64,000 nt of DNA, from contig CAVTTN010000002.1 of NCBI GenBank assembly GCA_963737655.1, positions 1,664,001 through 1,728,000 of the forward strand. The letters run 5' to 3'. This document shows positions 44,416-54,578 of the stretch, one piece after another; the first letter of the stretch is position 1; each line of letters starts with the position of its first letter. The position numbers and the translations under genes were made by a program. Below the pieces are notes generated by a model, which saw only the letters and a program-made list of their open reading frames with translations, was not told where the DNA came from and searched no databases. This DNA comes from an uncultured Planctomycetota bacterium. GTDB taxonomy: Bacteria > Planctomycetota > Planctomycetia > Isosphaerales > Isosphaeraceae.

Positions 44416-44931
44416 ATGGGACCGGAGCTCATCTGGCCTCTGATCTGCCTGGCGCTGGGGCTGATCCTGCTGATGGCCGAGGTGTTCGTGCCGTCGGGCG
44501 GCCTGATCGGCCTCCTGGCCGTGGGTTTGCTGGGCGTGAGCCTCTACCTGGCGTTCACGACCACCACCCACGGGCTGAAGTTCGTCTTCGGGCTGGCCGT
44601 GCTGCTCCCCTTGAGCCTGGCCGCCGCCGTGAATCTGTGGCCGAGGTCTCCGATGGCGAAGTACATCTTCCTGACGCCGCCCCGGCCCGAGGAATTCGCC
44701 CCCGAGGCCCCCCGGGGGCTCGTCCTGGAGCACCTGATCGGCCAGTTCGGCCGGGCCCTGACCCCCTTGCGGCCCTCGGGACTCGTCGATTTCGAGGGGA
44801 AACGGCTCGACGGGATCTCCGAGGAAGGCCTGATCCCCGCCGGCGCGCTGGTCCGCGCCATCCAGATCCGCAGCGGACAGATCATCGTCCGCGCCGCCAG
44901 CGAGAAGACCCTGGAAGAATTCCTTTCCTGA
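44416..44931 (+). CDS. NfeD family membrane protein
   Basis: AEVFVPSGG, TM helices, C-terminal ALTPLRPSG OB-fold. Confidence 0.88.
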   Translation: MGPELIWPLICLALGLILLMAEVFVPSGGLIGLLAVGLLGVSLYLAFTTTTHGLKFVFGLAVLLPLSLAAAVNLWPRSPMAKYIFLTPPRPEEFAPEAPRGLVLEHLIGQFGRALTPLRPSGLVDFEGKRLDGISEEGLIPAGALVRAIQIRSGQIIVRAASEKTLEEFLS

Positions 44932-44941
44932 ATCTCCGGAG

Positions 44942-45125
44942 ATTGAACCGCCAAGGCACAAGATCGCCAAGGACAGAGGAGAAGAGAGGAGACGAGAAGA
45001 GGAGAAGAGGACAAACGAAACAAGTTCAAAAGGCCCTGTGTTCCTCGTTTTCTCTCGTCTCTACTCCTTTGCTCTCCTCTCCTCTCCTCTGTCCTTGGCG
45101 CTCTTGGCGTCTTGGCGGTTCAATC
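44942..45125. repeat. long REP-like hairpin between convergent genes
   Basis: ATTGAACCGCCAAG...GGACAGAGGAG / CTCCTCTGTCC...CTTGGCGGTTCAAT with a purine tract then a pyrimidine tract. Confidence 0.75.
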
Positions 45126-45506
45126 TCCCCCCAGCCCCCGGCGGATCGCGTCGAGGAAGGCGGGTCGTCCGAGGTCGGACTTGCCGAATCCGTCCAGGGC
45201 GCCGAGGGACCGGGCCTGGGCCTGGGCGTCGGCGAAGTTGCTGACGAGCACCACGGCCGGGGCGGCGGATGCGGATCCGGCTCGGGCCTTGAGGGCCCGG
45301 ATCAGGTCCAGGCCCGGGGCGCCGTCGGCGTCGCCGACTCGGTTGACCAGGACGAGGTCGAAGGCGGACTCGTCCAGGGCGTCGAGGGCCTCGGCGTGGG
45401 TGTCGGCGGCGACGACCTCGGCGTCGAAGTTCTGGGAGAGCTGGCGGGTGATCTGGCCGTGGTCGTAGCCGCACTGGCCGACGCTGAGGATTCTCGGGCG
45501 GGGCAC
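45120..45506 (-). CDS. atypical single-domain response regulator-like protein
   Basis: ILSVGQCGYDH, DLVLVNR (N at the usual phospho-Asp position), LVSNF, GK. Confidence 0.75.
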   Translation of the reverse strand: MPRPRILSVGQCGYDHGQITRQLSQNFDAEVVAADTHAEALDALDESAFDLVLVNRVGDADGAPGLDLIRALKARAGSASAAPAVVLVSNFADAQAQARSLGALDGFGKSDLGRPAFLDAIRRGLGGD

Positions 45507-45591
45507 GGGGAGGGACTCCGAGGGGGGCGGCCGGCGCCGATCGCGCCGGCCGCCCCTCCACTCTATCGCCTCGGAGGCGACCGCCTCAAGC

Positions 45592-47448
45592 TCAGGAGCG
45601 GGCCGCCCGGGCCATCCCCGGCCGGCTCAGGCCCCCGGTCAGGGGCCGGACCCGGGGCGAGGCGGGGGAGCCGTCGGCAACCACCACCGAGGCCCTCTTG
45701 CCGATCGAGACGGTCTGGCCGACGTTCTGCGCGACGTTCCGCCTCGGGATCGAGACGGTCAGCGGGGAGGCGTTGGTCCCCACATGGCCGGTCTGGGTCG
45801 CCGCCGCGGCGCCGACCCCGGCGGGAAGGTTGGTGGTCGCCGTGGCGGCTTCGGCGACGGAGGAGGCGTCCTGGGCCTTCCTGGCGGCCCGGGTCTTGAC
45901 CTTCACCGTGGGGCGATCGGTCGAGGCGAACGAGGCCGATCCGTCAGTCGTCGCCGCGTGGAGGGCCTGGTCGTGGTGGTTGGCCACGTAGTGCTTCTGC
46001 GAGGGGGTCAGCGGCGGATTGGTCGAGCTGAACCCCTCTCGGGCCTGCCGGGCGTCCCGGGCCTTGATTTCCGCGGGGGAGTAGTACGAATCGTTGCGGT
46101 TGAAGATCTGGTAGGTGCTCTGGAACATCCTCCCGTCGGTGGTCTCGCCGGTCACGACGGCGTTGGTGATCCCTCGGGGCAGGGTGATATCACTGCCCCG
46201 GAAGATGAAGGTGCGGTCGAGGTAGCCGTCGCGGTTGATGTGTCGCTCGAAGTTGTAGATCTGGTCGGCGCCGCCCAGCTCGACCGACTCGGGGATGATC
46301 CTGTCCACGGGAAACCCGGCCGATCCCAGGATGTTCACGCGGACGTCCGTCGGGTGCGCCGTGTTCACGTGCCGGTGCAGGTGAGGATTGATCAGGATCG
46401 GCGGCTCCGCCGGGGGGCACACCATGGGGGGCGGCGGAGGGGGCGGCGGCGGCGGCGGAGGGGGCGGCGGCGGCGGCGGAGGAGGCGGAGGCGGCGGCGG
46501 AGGAGGCGGCGGGGGAGGGGGGGGCGGAGGCGGCGGCGGGGGCGGCGGGGGCGTGGGGACCACTCCGAAGGTCACGTCCTGGGACCCGAAGAACGCCTCG
46601 CTGATCCCGTCGTCGTCGTTGGAGGTGCCGAAGGCCCCCACTCCGATCTTGGAATCGGTCTGGAGCTGGTTGCCGGTCTCGGCCAGATAGAGCTTGGAGA
46701 AGTTGGTGATCTGGAATTCGAAGCTGGGCTTGGTGGGGTCGTTGGTGAGGAACGAGGCCCCGGTGTTGTCGAGCAGTTGAGTGCCGAAGTGGGGGATGGT
46801 CTCGGCGGCGATGGTGGGATCGCTATTGACGACGGCGTCGGCGACCTGATAAGACTTCAGCCCTGGATTGGTGGCCGCGTCGGTGGTGGCGGGGCTGGCG
46901 ATCCCCGCGACGACGGTGGGTACGTTGTCGCCCTTGAGGTCAAGGAAGACCCCCATGCTCTCCGAACCGCCCAGGTATGGGAAGTCCATGAAGGTGGGGC
47001 GGAGCGCCTGGACGGCCGGGCTGACGGTGCCGCCGTCGCCGTTGTTGTCGGTGTCGCCGGCCAGGACGGGGAAGCCCGCCCGGGGGTCTCCGGCCGCGGC
47101 CTGGTTGTCCGGTTGCTGGATGGCGATGCTCAACACGTCGTCCGACGGCGTGTACTGGAGCCGGATGCCGTTGATGGTCAGGCCCGAGACCTTGATCAAG
47201 GGCTGGAGATCGGTGGGGATGCCGGCGGGGCGGACCGTGCCGTTTCCGGGGTCCTGGAGGATCGCGACGCCCGGGCCGGATGGGCCGGGAATGTCTTTTG
47301 TAGCGTTTCCGGTGAAGGTGACGCTCAGGAGCTGCCGATGATCGAGGCATTCCAGCGCGATGTCGGTCCGGCGTGGTGGCTTCGGTCCGCCGCGTCGGCG
47401 CCGCCACGCTTGGACGGCCTTGCTCAGGAGTGATTGGAACGAGAACAT
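45592..47448 (-). CDS. planctomycete extracellular protein with LExRxLL-type signal and polyproline linker
   Basis: LECLDHRQLLS motif; poly-Pro tract of about 40 residues at 46426-46552. Confidence 0.8.
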   Translation of the reverse strand: MFSFQSLLSKAVQAWRRRRGGPKPPRRTDIALECLDHRQLLSVTFTGNATKDIPGPSGPGVAILQDPGNGTVRPAGIPTDLQPLIKVSGLTINGIRLQYTPSDDVLSIAIQQPDNQAAAGDPRAGFPVLAGDTDNNGDGGTVSPAVQALRPTFMDFPYLGGSESMGVFLDLKGDNVPTVVAGIASPATTDAATNPGLKSYQVADAVVNSDPTIAAETIPHFGTQLLDNTGASFLTNDPTKPSFEFQITNFSKLYLAETGNQLQTDSKIGVGAFGTSNDDDGISEAFFGSQDVTFGVVPTPPPPPPPPPPPPPPPPPPPPPPPPPPPPPPPPPPPPPPPPPPMVCPPAEPPILINPHLHRHVNTAHPTDVRVNILGSAGFPVDRIIPESVELGGADQIYNFERHINRDGYLDRTFIFRGSDITLPRGITNAVVTGETTDGRMFQSTYQIFNRNDSYYSPAEIKARDARQAREGFSSTNPPLTPSQKHYVANHHDQALHAATTDGSASFASTDRPTVKVKTRAARKAQDASSVAEAATATTNLPAGVGAAAATQTGHVGTNASPLTVSIPRRNVAQNVGQTVSIGKRASVVVADGSPASPRVRPLTGGLSRPGMARAARS

Positions 47449-47677
47449 CGCGCCATCGTCCTTTCTGGCGGGTTGGCGGGCCCCTCGGGGCCGATCACCC
47501 AACGGGAGGGGCCTCGGGAGGCGGGGCGGAGGATCCGCCCCGGACCGTGAGGACCGGCGGTGTAAGGATCGACCACTCGGGACCGCTCAACGGCGACCCC
47601 GCGGGACAAGACCGCGACGCGTCGTCGATCGGCCGGGCCACCGGAAACTGGGAACTCTTCGCGGAAGGAGACGCGTC

Positions 47678-48553
47678 ATGGTTCGCCGCAGATTGCTGAT
47701 CGGGGCCGCGCTGGCCTTGGGCCTCGCGGGGGCACGGCCCGCGACGGCCGGCCCCATCTCGTTTACCGGGAACGTCGAGACGGACATGGCGTCCTCGACA
47801 CCCGGCGTCGTCACGATCGTCAACCATCCCTACCCCGGCACGAGCATCAGCAACCCGAACACTGTGTACCAGGCGCAGTGGATGACCGACCGGGGTTGGA
47901 TCAACGGCTGGGATATCAAGGACATCCGAGCCAGCTACGACGCCGCCACCGATAGCCTCCAGATCGGCGTGAACTTCTTCGGGATCGCCGGCGACGTGGA
48001 CGGCAACGGCACGCCCGGCGTCGCCGACCCGCAGCTGACCAAGGATGGCGGCCACGAGTGGGCCCACCTCGGCCAGGGGACCTCCAGCGACGCCTCGATC
48101 ACCGTCGGGATCGACCTGGCCAACTCGGGCAAGCCGACGATCGTCGCCGGCATCGCCGCCGACAAATCGATCACCGGCCCGGGGATCGACGGCTTCACCG
48201 TCAACTACGCCAAGAACAGCTCCGGGGGCCTGAGCACGGCCTACGGCGCCTCGCTGAATGACCACAACGGCGGCCTGGCCTTCGATCCCTCGGCCGCCCA
48301 CCCGGACTTCGAGTTCACCATCACCGGCCTGAGCAAGATCCCCGGGTTCGACCCCAAGAACGGCATCGGCCTGTCGGCCTTCGCCGGCGCCAGCGACGAC
48401 GTGGACGTGGGCGAGGACTCGCTGCCCCTGACCCACATTTCGTTCGAGCAGATCCCCGAGCCGGCGACGATGCTCGCCTGGGGCCTGGTCGCCGGGGGCG
48501 CGGCCTGGCGAGGGGCCCGGGGGCGTCGCCGCCTTCGGCCCGATCCCGCCTGA
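47678..48553 (+). CDS. secreted PEP-CTERM protein
   Basis: AAGGAG RBS, signal peptide, IPEPAT-TM-RRR. Confidence 0.85.
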   Translation: MVRRRLLIGAALALGLAGARPATAGPISFTGNVETDMASSTPGVVTIVNHPYPGTSISNPNTVYQAQWMTDRGWINGWDIKDIRASYDAATDSLQIGVNFFGIAGDVDGNGTPGVADPQLTKDGGHEWAHLGQGTSSDASITVGIDLANSGKPTIVAGIAADKSITGPGIDGFTVNYAKNSSGGLSTAYGASLNDHNGGLAFDPSAAHPDFEFTITGLSKIPGFDPKNGIGLSAFAGASDDVDVGEDSLPLTHISFEQIPEPATMLAWGLVAGGAAWRGARGRRRLRPDPA

Positions 48554-48892
48554 GTCGTCCCGCGCGATCCGTCGCAACATCATCGCCCAATCGCCCTCCC
48601 GGCGCGAGGCGGAGGCCCGATCCGTCGGGCATCCGCCTCTTCTTTTCGGCCCGGGACGGGCCCCGAGTCCCGGCGATTCGCCGCCGACGCCGCCCCGCGA
48701 TCGCCCCGGCCGTCACAGGCGGCATCCCTTACCAGGCGGGCCGCCGCGGCCCCCGCATCGGGGGCGAGATCGCCCGGATCGGGGCCTCGACGCCCCTTGA
48801 GGGGACCGGGCCCGCCGGTTACCCTGGCCGGAGGAGGGGCGACGCCTCGCCGCCCCGCTTCGGCGACCGATCGACCGTGGAGCCCGCCTCCC

Positions 48893-49462
48893 ATGAGCCG
48901 CACCCTCTTGTCGCTCGCGGCCCTCGCCCTGATCGGGGCCTCACCTCGCGGCGACGATCCCCCGGCACCGAAGCTGGCCATGACCCCGGCCATCCCCTGC
49001 GTCTCGATCGCCGGGTTCGAGGACTTCGTCCCCCTGGACGAGGTGGTCCTGACCCGCGACGAGAAGCTCCTCCTCTATTACAAGCCCCGGAATTATCGCC
49101 ACGAGGTCGTGGGCAAGGAGTACCGCGTCCACCTCGTCGAGGACGCGAGAATCCGCCGCAAAGGGGAGAAGGCCGTGATCCAGAGCAAGGACAAGCTCCT
49201 GGAATACAAGGGCAAGAGCAAGCAATTCCCGGCCAACGTCTACCTGACCAACTCGATCTCGCTGAAGCCCCTGCCGCCGGGCGAGTACGACCTGGAGATC
49301 ATCCTCCGGGACGAGATCGGCAAGGGGCCCCCGGCGACCCAGACCGTCCGGTTCCGGGTCAAGGCGGCCCCGGCCGCGGGCTCCCCGGCCGAGTCGAAAG
49401 ACAAGGCCACGGAGAAAGCCAAGGGGAAGGATCCCGAGGCCGACCCGGGCCGGGACCGCTGA
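48893..49462 (+). CDS. secreted hypothetical protein
   Basis: Signal peptide; LPPGEYDLEIIL Ig-like end. Confidence 0.7.
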   Translation: MSRTLLSLAALALIGASPRGDDPPAPKLAMTPAIPCVSIAGFEDFVPLDEVVLTRDEKLLLYYKPRNYRHEVVGKEYRVHLVEDARIRRKGEKAVIQSKDKLLEYKGKSKQFPANVYLTNSISLKPLPPGEYDLEIILRDEIGKGPPATQTVRFRVKAAPAAGSPAESKDKATEKAKGKDPEADPGRDR

Positions 49463-49638
49463 GCCCGCGCCCCGCCCCGGGGCCCGGCCGTCGCAAAATA
49501 TCTTGAAATTCATATATTTGAGTATCGATAACCTGTTGAATTTCAGGGCCGTTCCTGGTCCAATGCTCGGGCGGGCGAGATCGCGAGACGGCGGCCGGCT
49601 GGGGCCTCGACGACGATCGCCCCGGGGGCCAGAGCATC

Positions 49639-51171
49639 ATGAGGGCGGACGAGGCGGCCGATCCGGGCGGGGATCGGCGCGAGGGTGAAAGCCACGACCG
49701 AGCGGGCGGCGGCGACGCGCTGAGGAGGTCCGAGGCGCTGCTCCGCGCGGTCTTCGAGAGGGCGCTGGACGCCCTGATCCTCGCCGACGACCGGGGCGTG
49801 TACCTCGACGCCAACCCCGCCGCCGCCTCGCTGTTCGGCCTGCCCCGGGAGGCCCTCCTGGGCAAGACGATCGCCGAATTCGCCGGCCCGGACTTCGACG
49901 TCCCGGCGGCCTGGGACGCCTTCCGACGCGAGGGGACCGCCCGGGGGGAATTCCGCCTGTTCCGCCCCGACGGCTCGATCCGCGAGACCGAGTACGCCGC
50001 CTCGACCGACGTCGTGCCCGGCCTCCACCTCTGGGCCGTCCGCGACGTGACCCAGAGGGTCCGGGCCGAGGACGCCCTCCGGAGCAGCGAGGGGCGGTTC
50101 CGCCGGGTCCTGGAGAGTTCCCGCGACGTCATCTATCAGCTCAACCTGACGGAGCGGACCTACGACTACGTCAGCCCGTCGATCCGGGACGTCCTGGGGA
50201 TCGACCCGGAGGAGGTGGCGGCCGGGGGGCTGGCCGGGATCCTCCAACGGGTCCACCCCGAGGACCTCCGCCAGCTCCGGGACGTGGTGGACCGGCTGAT
50301 GGTCCCGCGTCCCGAGCTCGATTACGGGCCGATCATGGAATATCGCGCGCTCGTCCCGGGCAAGGGCTGGCGGTGGATCAGCGACAACGGGGCGGCGATC
50401 CGCGACGCCGGCGGGATGCCCGTGGCGATCGTCGGCAACGTCCGCGACGTGACCGAGGAGAAGCTCGCCGCCGACCGGCTCCGCGACCTCTCCCGTCGCC
50501 TGCTCCGGGCCGAGGAGGAAAGCCGCCGGCACCTCGCCCGCGAGCTCCACGACGAGATCGGCCAGGCGCTGATGGCCATCAAGCTGAACGTCCGCGCGGC
50601 CCTGAGGGACCCGGCCGGGCCGGGGTCGGCCCGGGGTCTGGCCGAGGTCCTCGCCCTGGTCGATCGCACGATCGCCCAGGTCCGGGACATCTCGCTGGAC
50701 CTCCGCCCGTCGATGCTCGACGACCTCGGCCTGGTCGATGCCCTGCGGTCCCACGTCCGGGGCTTCGCCCAGAGGTCGGGCCTGGACGCCCGGTTCTCGG
50801 CCGAGGGGGGCATCGGCCGGCACGAGCCCGACGTCGAGACGGCCTGCTACCGGATCGTCCAGGAGGCGCTCACCAACGTCGCCCGGCACGCCTCGGCCCG
50901 GTCGGTCCGCGTCGAGCTGTCCCGGGCCGGCGAGCGGCTCCTCCTGGTCGTGGCCGACGACGGCGACGGGTTCGACGTCCCCTCGGCCACGGCGCGAGCC
51001 ACCGGCGGGGAGAGCCTCGGCCTCCTGGGGATGGGGGAACGGGCCATGCTCGTCGGGGGGACCCTGGCGATCGTGTCGACGGCGGGCCGGGGGACCGAGC
51101 TCGTCGCCGAGTTCCCGATCGGGTCGGTTCCCCCCGCCCGGATCCCCTCGGAGGGCCCGCCGTGGACGTGA
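49639..51171 (+). CDS. PAS-PAS sensor histidine kinase (HisKA_3 type)
   Basis: Two PAS domains; LARELHDEIGQ; QEALTNVARHA; DDGDGF; GLLGMGER. Confidence 0.93.
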   Translation: MRADEAADPGGDRREGESHDRAGGGDALRRSEALLRAVFERALDALILADDRGVYLDANPAAASLFGLPREALLGKTIAEFAGPDFDVPAAWDAFRREGTARGEFRLFRPDGSIRETEYAASTDVVPGLHLWAVRDVTQRVRAEDALRSSEGRFRRVLESSRDVIYQLNLTERTYDYVSPSIRDVLGIDPEEVAAGGLAGILQRVHPEDLRQLRDVVDRLMVPRPELDYGPIMEYRALVPGKGWRWISDNGAAIRDAGGMPVAIVGNVRDVTEEKLAADRLRDLSRRLLRAEEESRRHLARELHDEIGQALMAIKLNVRAALRDPAGPGSARGLAEVLALVDRTIAQVRDISLDLRPSMLDDLGLVDALRSHVRGFAQRSGLDARFSAEGGIGRHEPDVETACYRIVQEALTNVARHASARSVRVELSRAGERLLLVVADDGDGFDVPSATARATGGESLGLLGMGERAMLVGGTLAIVSTAGRGTELVAEFPIGSVPPARIPSEGPPWT

Positions 51172-51815
51172 TCCGGGTCCTCCTGGCCGATGACCACACC
51201 CTGCTCCGAGCGGGCGTTCGTGCGCTGCTGGAGGACCTGCCGGGCGTGGAGGTCGTCGCCGAGGCGGCCGACGGCCCGGAGGCCCTGGCCCGAGCGATCG
51301 AGCTTCGCCCCGACGTCGCCCTGCTCGACATCGCCATGCCCGGCCTCTCCGGCCTGGACGTCGCCGCCCGGCTCGCCCGGGACTGCCCCGAGGTCCGCAT
51401 CCTGATCCTCTCCATGCACAAGGATGAGGCCTACGTCCGCCGGGCCATCCTGGCCGGGGCCGCCGGATACCTCCTGAAGGATGCCGACACCGGCGAGCTC
51501 GGCCTGGCCCTGCTCGCCGCCGCCCGGGGCGAGACCTATCTCAGCCCCGCCGTGACCACCCACCTCGTCGCCGATTACCGCCGGCAGGCCGCCGCCGAGC
51601 CCGGCCCCTCCGACGGCCTGACCGCCCGGCAACGCGAGGTCCTCCGCCTCGTCGCCCAGGGCCGGACGACCAAGGCCATCGCCCGGACCCTGGGCATCAG
51701 CGCCAAGACCGTCGAGTCCCACCGGGCCGTCCTGATGGAGCGCCTGGGCATCCACGACGTCCCCGGGCTCGTCCGCTTCGCCCTCCGAGTCGGCCTGATC
51801 CACTCCGAGGACTGA
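51162..51815 (+). CDS. NarL/LuxR-family response regulator
   Basis: LADDH, LDIAMPG, LTARQREVL...SAKTVESHR. Confidence 0.93.
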   Translation: MDVIRVLLADDHTLLRAGVRALLEDLPGVEVVAEAADGPEALARAIELRPDVALLDIAMPGLSGLDVAARLARDCPEVRILILSMHKDEAYVRRAILAGAAGYLLKDADTGELGLALLAAARGETYLSPAVTTHLVADYRRQAAAEPGPSDGLTARQREVLRLVAQGRTTKAIARTLGISAKTVESHRAVLMERLGIHDVPGLVRFALRVGLIHSED

Positions 51816-51821
51816 AAAGGC

Positions 51822-52508
51822 TCACTTGCCCGGGGGGGCCAGCGAATTCCGCTTCACCTCGGCGAGCTTCGCCTCCAGGCGCCCGACCAGGGCCGTCAAC
51901 CGGCGGTCCAGCGCGGCGCGGTCGGCGTCGGTGGCCGAGGGGATCGCCTCCAGGATCGCGTCGGCCTCCTTCTGGCCGTCGGCCAGCGTCTTGCTGAGGT
52001 CGGCCATCAGCTTCATCGACTCGGTGCGATTGGGCCGGAGCTTCGGGGCCGGATTGACCGGCGGGGTCGGCGCGGCCTCGGGGCCGTTCAGGCCGGACTT
52101 GTCCTCGGCGAACTTCATCGCGTCGGTCTTGAACAAATTCGGCCCGGTCGGGCTCGCGGCGAACTTGTACGCCTTCTGATACGCCTCCAGGACCCTGGCG
52201 CCGTCCCTCCTCTTCGCCATCCGATCGGCCAGCTTCATGGCGTCGGCGCGGAAGAGGTTGGGGCCGTCGGGCGTGGTCGCATACTTGTAGGCGCCTTGAT
52301 AGACCTCCAGGGCCCGGGCCCCGTCGGGCCGGGCGGACATCTCCTCGGCGAACTTCATGGCGTCGGTCTTGAACTGGTTCGGGCCGTCGGGCGCCTGGGC
52401 GTACTGGAACGCCTTCTGATAGACCGAGAGGTCCCCCTGGCCCCTCGCCACGGCCCAGACCAGGCCCAACCCCACGGCCGAGACCGCCAGCACTCGTCGA
52501 TGAGCCAT
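51822..52508 (-). CDS. secreted protein with three internal repeats of about 38 aa
   Basis: Y(Q)xAxxxAxxPxGPNxFxxDAMKxA x3. Confidence 0.75.
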   Translation of the reverse strand: MAHRRVLAVSAVGLGLVWAVARGQGDLSVYQKAFQYAQAPDGPNQFKTDAMKFAEEMSARPDGARALEVYQGAYKYATTPDGPNLFRADAMKLADRMAKRRDGARVLEAYQKAYKFAASPTGPNLFKTDAMKFAEDKSGLNGPEAAPTPPVNPAPKLRPNRTESMKLMADLSKTLADGQKEADAILEAIPSATDADRAALDRRLTALVGRLEAKLAEVKRNSLAPPGK

Positions 52509-52632
52509 CGTCGCCTCCCCGTCGCGAGAAGAACGGGCCCGCCCGTCGGGAGCCCGGGGATAGCTTCGCTCGGGAGCCGCGATCCTTGAAGGGCCCGGCG
52601 ACGAAAATTGCACGATCCCGAGGCGCCCTCCG

Positions 52633-52710
52633 GCGAATCTCGTAGGGCAGGCCTCGGCCTGCCGTCGCCGGGCCGAAGCGGCAGGCCGAGGCCTGCCCTA
52701 CGAGATTCGC
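52633..52710. repeat. GTAG-type REP doublet
   Basis: GTAGGGCAGGCCTCGGCCTGCC / GGCAGGCCGAGGCCTGCCCTAC. Confidence 0.8.
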
Positions 52711-53603
52711 TCGGGACCGGCGTCGAGCCGATCGCTCCCGGCCCTGACCCGTCCCTCGCGAGTGGCGAAGAACGCCCGGCCCGCCAATCCGCCGAGGGCC
52801 GCCGCGATCAGGGCCCAGAGGCAATGGCCGATCTTTCGGAACGGGATCAGGGGGTCTTCATCCTCGGAGATCAGCGAGGTCGAGGACGTCGCCGTGATCA
52901 CGAGCAACCCGTCCCGGACCCGATAGGTCAGGTCCAGCTGCTTCAGGAGCAGCTTCAGCGATTTCTTCAGCGGGACGCCGTCGAGCTTCAAGGTGATCGG
53001 CGAGGCCATCGATTGCTGGGCCTCCCGGAGGCCGACCGGATCGACGAAGATCGGCAGGCCCTGGGGCATGTCCGCGCCGGTCGTGGCCGTCTTGATGGAC
53101 TGGAGGACCTGCGCCAGGGGAGTCTCCTGGTCGAACGGCATCGGCACTTGCTCTTCAAGTTTCCGCAGGACGGCCCGGCTCGAAGCGTCGCCTCCGGACG
53201 GATCGAGGAGACCTCGGGGCATGGTCCCCCGCTGGTAGGCGTGGAGGCTCGGCTCGATCATGTCGAGGATCTCCGTCGTGATCAGGGTCGGATGCTCGGT
53301 GGACTCGAAGACCGCCCCGCCCTGCTTCGTGACCCGGAACACTCGGTGATCGACGGGCCTCCAGAACCACTCGGCGCTCATGGCGAGGTAGCCCGACCCC
53401 ATCAGGGCGAACCCCACCCAGAACGCCCGCCGCGCCCCTCGCCGATAGACGATGCCCAGGACCGCCGACGCGAGGAGGGCCAGCGTGAGCACCCAAACCA
53501 GCCCGGCCCACCCCTCCGAGGCGAACCTCAGCGACACGAACCCGACCGCCACGAAGAACACCAGGGCCATCAGCCCCCGGATCGACACGCGGAACGGGCT
53601 CAT
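52698..53603 (-). CDS. planctomycete membrane protein (paralog family)
   Basis: RVSIRGLMALV, YRRGARRAFWVGF, MPFDQETPL...IFVDPVGL. Confidence 0.85.
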   Translation of the reverse strand: MSPFRVSIRGLMALVFFVAVGFVSLRFASEGWAGLVWVLTLALLASAVLGIVYRRGARRAFWVGFALMGSGYLAMSAEWFWRPVDHRVFRVTKQGGAVFESTEHPTLITTEILDMIEPSLHAYQRGTMPRGLLDPSGGDASSRAVLRKLEEQVPMPFDQETPLAQVLQSIKTATTGADMPQGLPIFVDPVGLREAQQSMASPITLKLDGVPLKKSLKLLLKQLDLTYRVRDGLLVITATSSTSLISEDEDPLIPFRKIGHCLWALIAAALGGLAGRAFFATREGRVRAGSDRLDAGPERIS

Positions 53604-54481
53604 CCCGAGGCTCCCGGGAGGGTGGTCTCTCGCGGCGATCGCTCCCCCTCATCGCGGGTGGCGAAGAAGATCCGGCCCGCCAGGCCGCCGAGGAGCGCCG
53701 CCAGGAGCGCGAAATACGCATGGCCGATCCGGCCGAACGATTCCTTGGGGGACCCTTCGTCCAGGGTGTCACTCGTGATCGTCAGCAGGCCGTCCCGGAC
53801 CCGATAGGTCAGGTCCAGTTGCCTGAGGAGGAGTTGCAGGCTCACCCTCAGCGGCACGCCGTCGAGGTTGAGCTGGATCGGCGAGGCTAACGTCTTCTCG
53901 GCTTCCTGCAAGCCCACCGGATCGACGTAGATCGGGATGCCCTGGGGGAAATTCGGATCCACAGTCGCGGTTTTGATGTAATGAACCACGTCCTCAAGCG
54001 GTGTCTCGTTGGGAAACGGCATCGAGAAGGGCGCCTCCAGCTTGTCGAGGATTCGCTGGCTCTTTCCGTCGGCCATCAGGCGGCCGAACATCCCGGAGGA
54101 TACGGCGGAGCCCTGGTCCCGGTGGAGGCTCGGATAGAGCCAGTCGAGGAATCTCGTGGTAACCAGCGGCGGGTGCTTGTACTCGCTCCCCCAGATCCCC
54201 GACCCCATGGTCGGCCTCGTCCGGGCCTCGATCGTCTGCCAGAGGAAGTCCGTCGAATAGGCGATATATCCCCAGCCGAGCAGCACGAACCCCACCCAGA
54301 ACGCCCGCCGCGCCCCTCTCCGATAGACGATGCCCAGGAACGCCAGGATGAGGACCCCGAGTGTCATCATCACGACCAGCCCGGCCCACGTTTCCGAGGC
54401 ATACCTCAGCGCCACGAAGCCGAAGGCCACGAACAGCACCAGGGCCATCAGCCCCCGGATCGAGACGCGGAACGGGCGCAT
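53600..54481 (-). CDS. planctomycete membrane protein (paralog family)
   Basis: Same architecture as the neighbouring gene; MPFPNETPLEDVVHYIK...GIPIYVDPVGLQEAEKT. Confidence 0.85.
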   Translation of the reverse strand: MRPFRVSIRGLMALVLFVAFGFVALRYASETWAGLVVMMTLGVLILAFLGIVYRRGARRAFWVGFVLLGWGYIAYSTDFLWQTIEARTRPTMGSGIWGSEYKHPPLVTTRFLDWLYPSLHRDQGSAVSSGMFGRLMADGKSQRILDKLEAPFSMPFPNETPLEDVVHYIKTATVDPNFPQGIPIYVDPVGLQEAEKTLASPIQLNLDGVPLRVSLQLLLRQLDLTYRVRDGLLTITSDTLDEGSPKESFGRIGHAYFALLAALLGGLAGRIFFATRDEGERSPRETTLPGASG

Positions 54482-54578
54482 GGGACGGCTCCGGGAATGG
54501 TGGGATCTCGCAACGAATTCACCCCTTCGACGCCCCCGCTCGCCCCGAGTTCCTTCGCCGGTCCCCGATCCCGTCTCG

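Noticed and set aside
46426..46552. GGC/GGA/GGG tract as a non-coding repeat
   Set aside because: It is the in-frame polyproline linker of the 45592-47448 gene, with synonymous variation.
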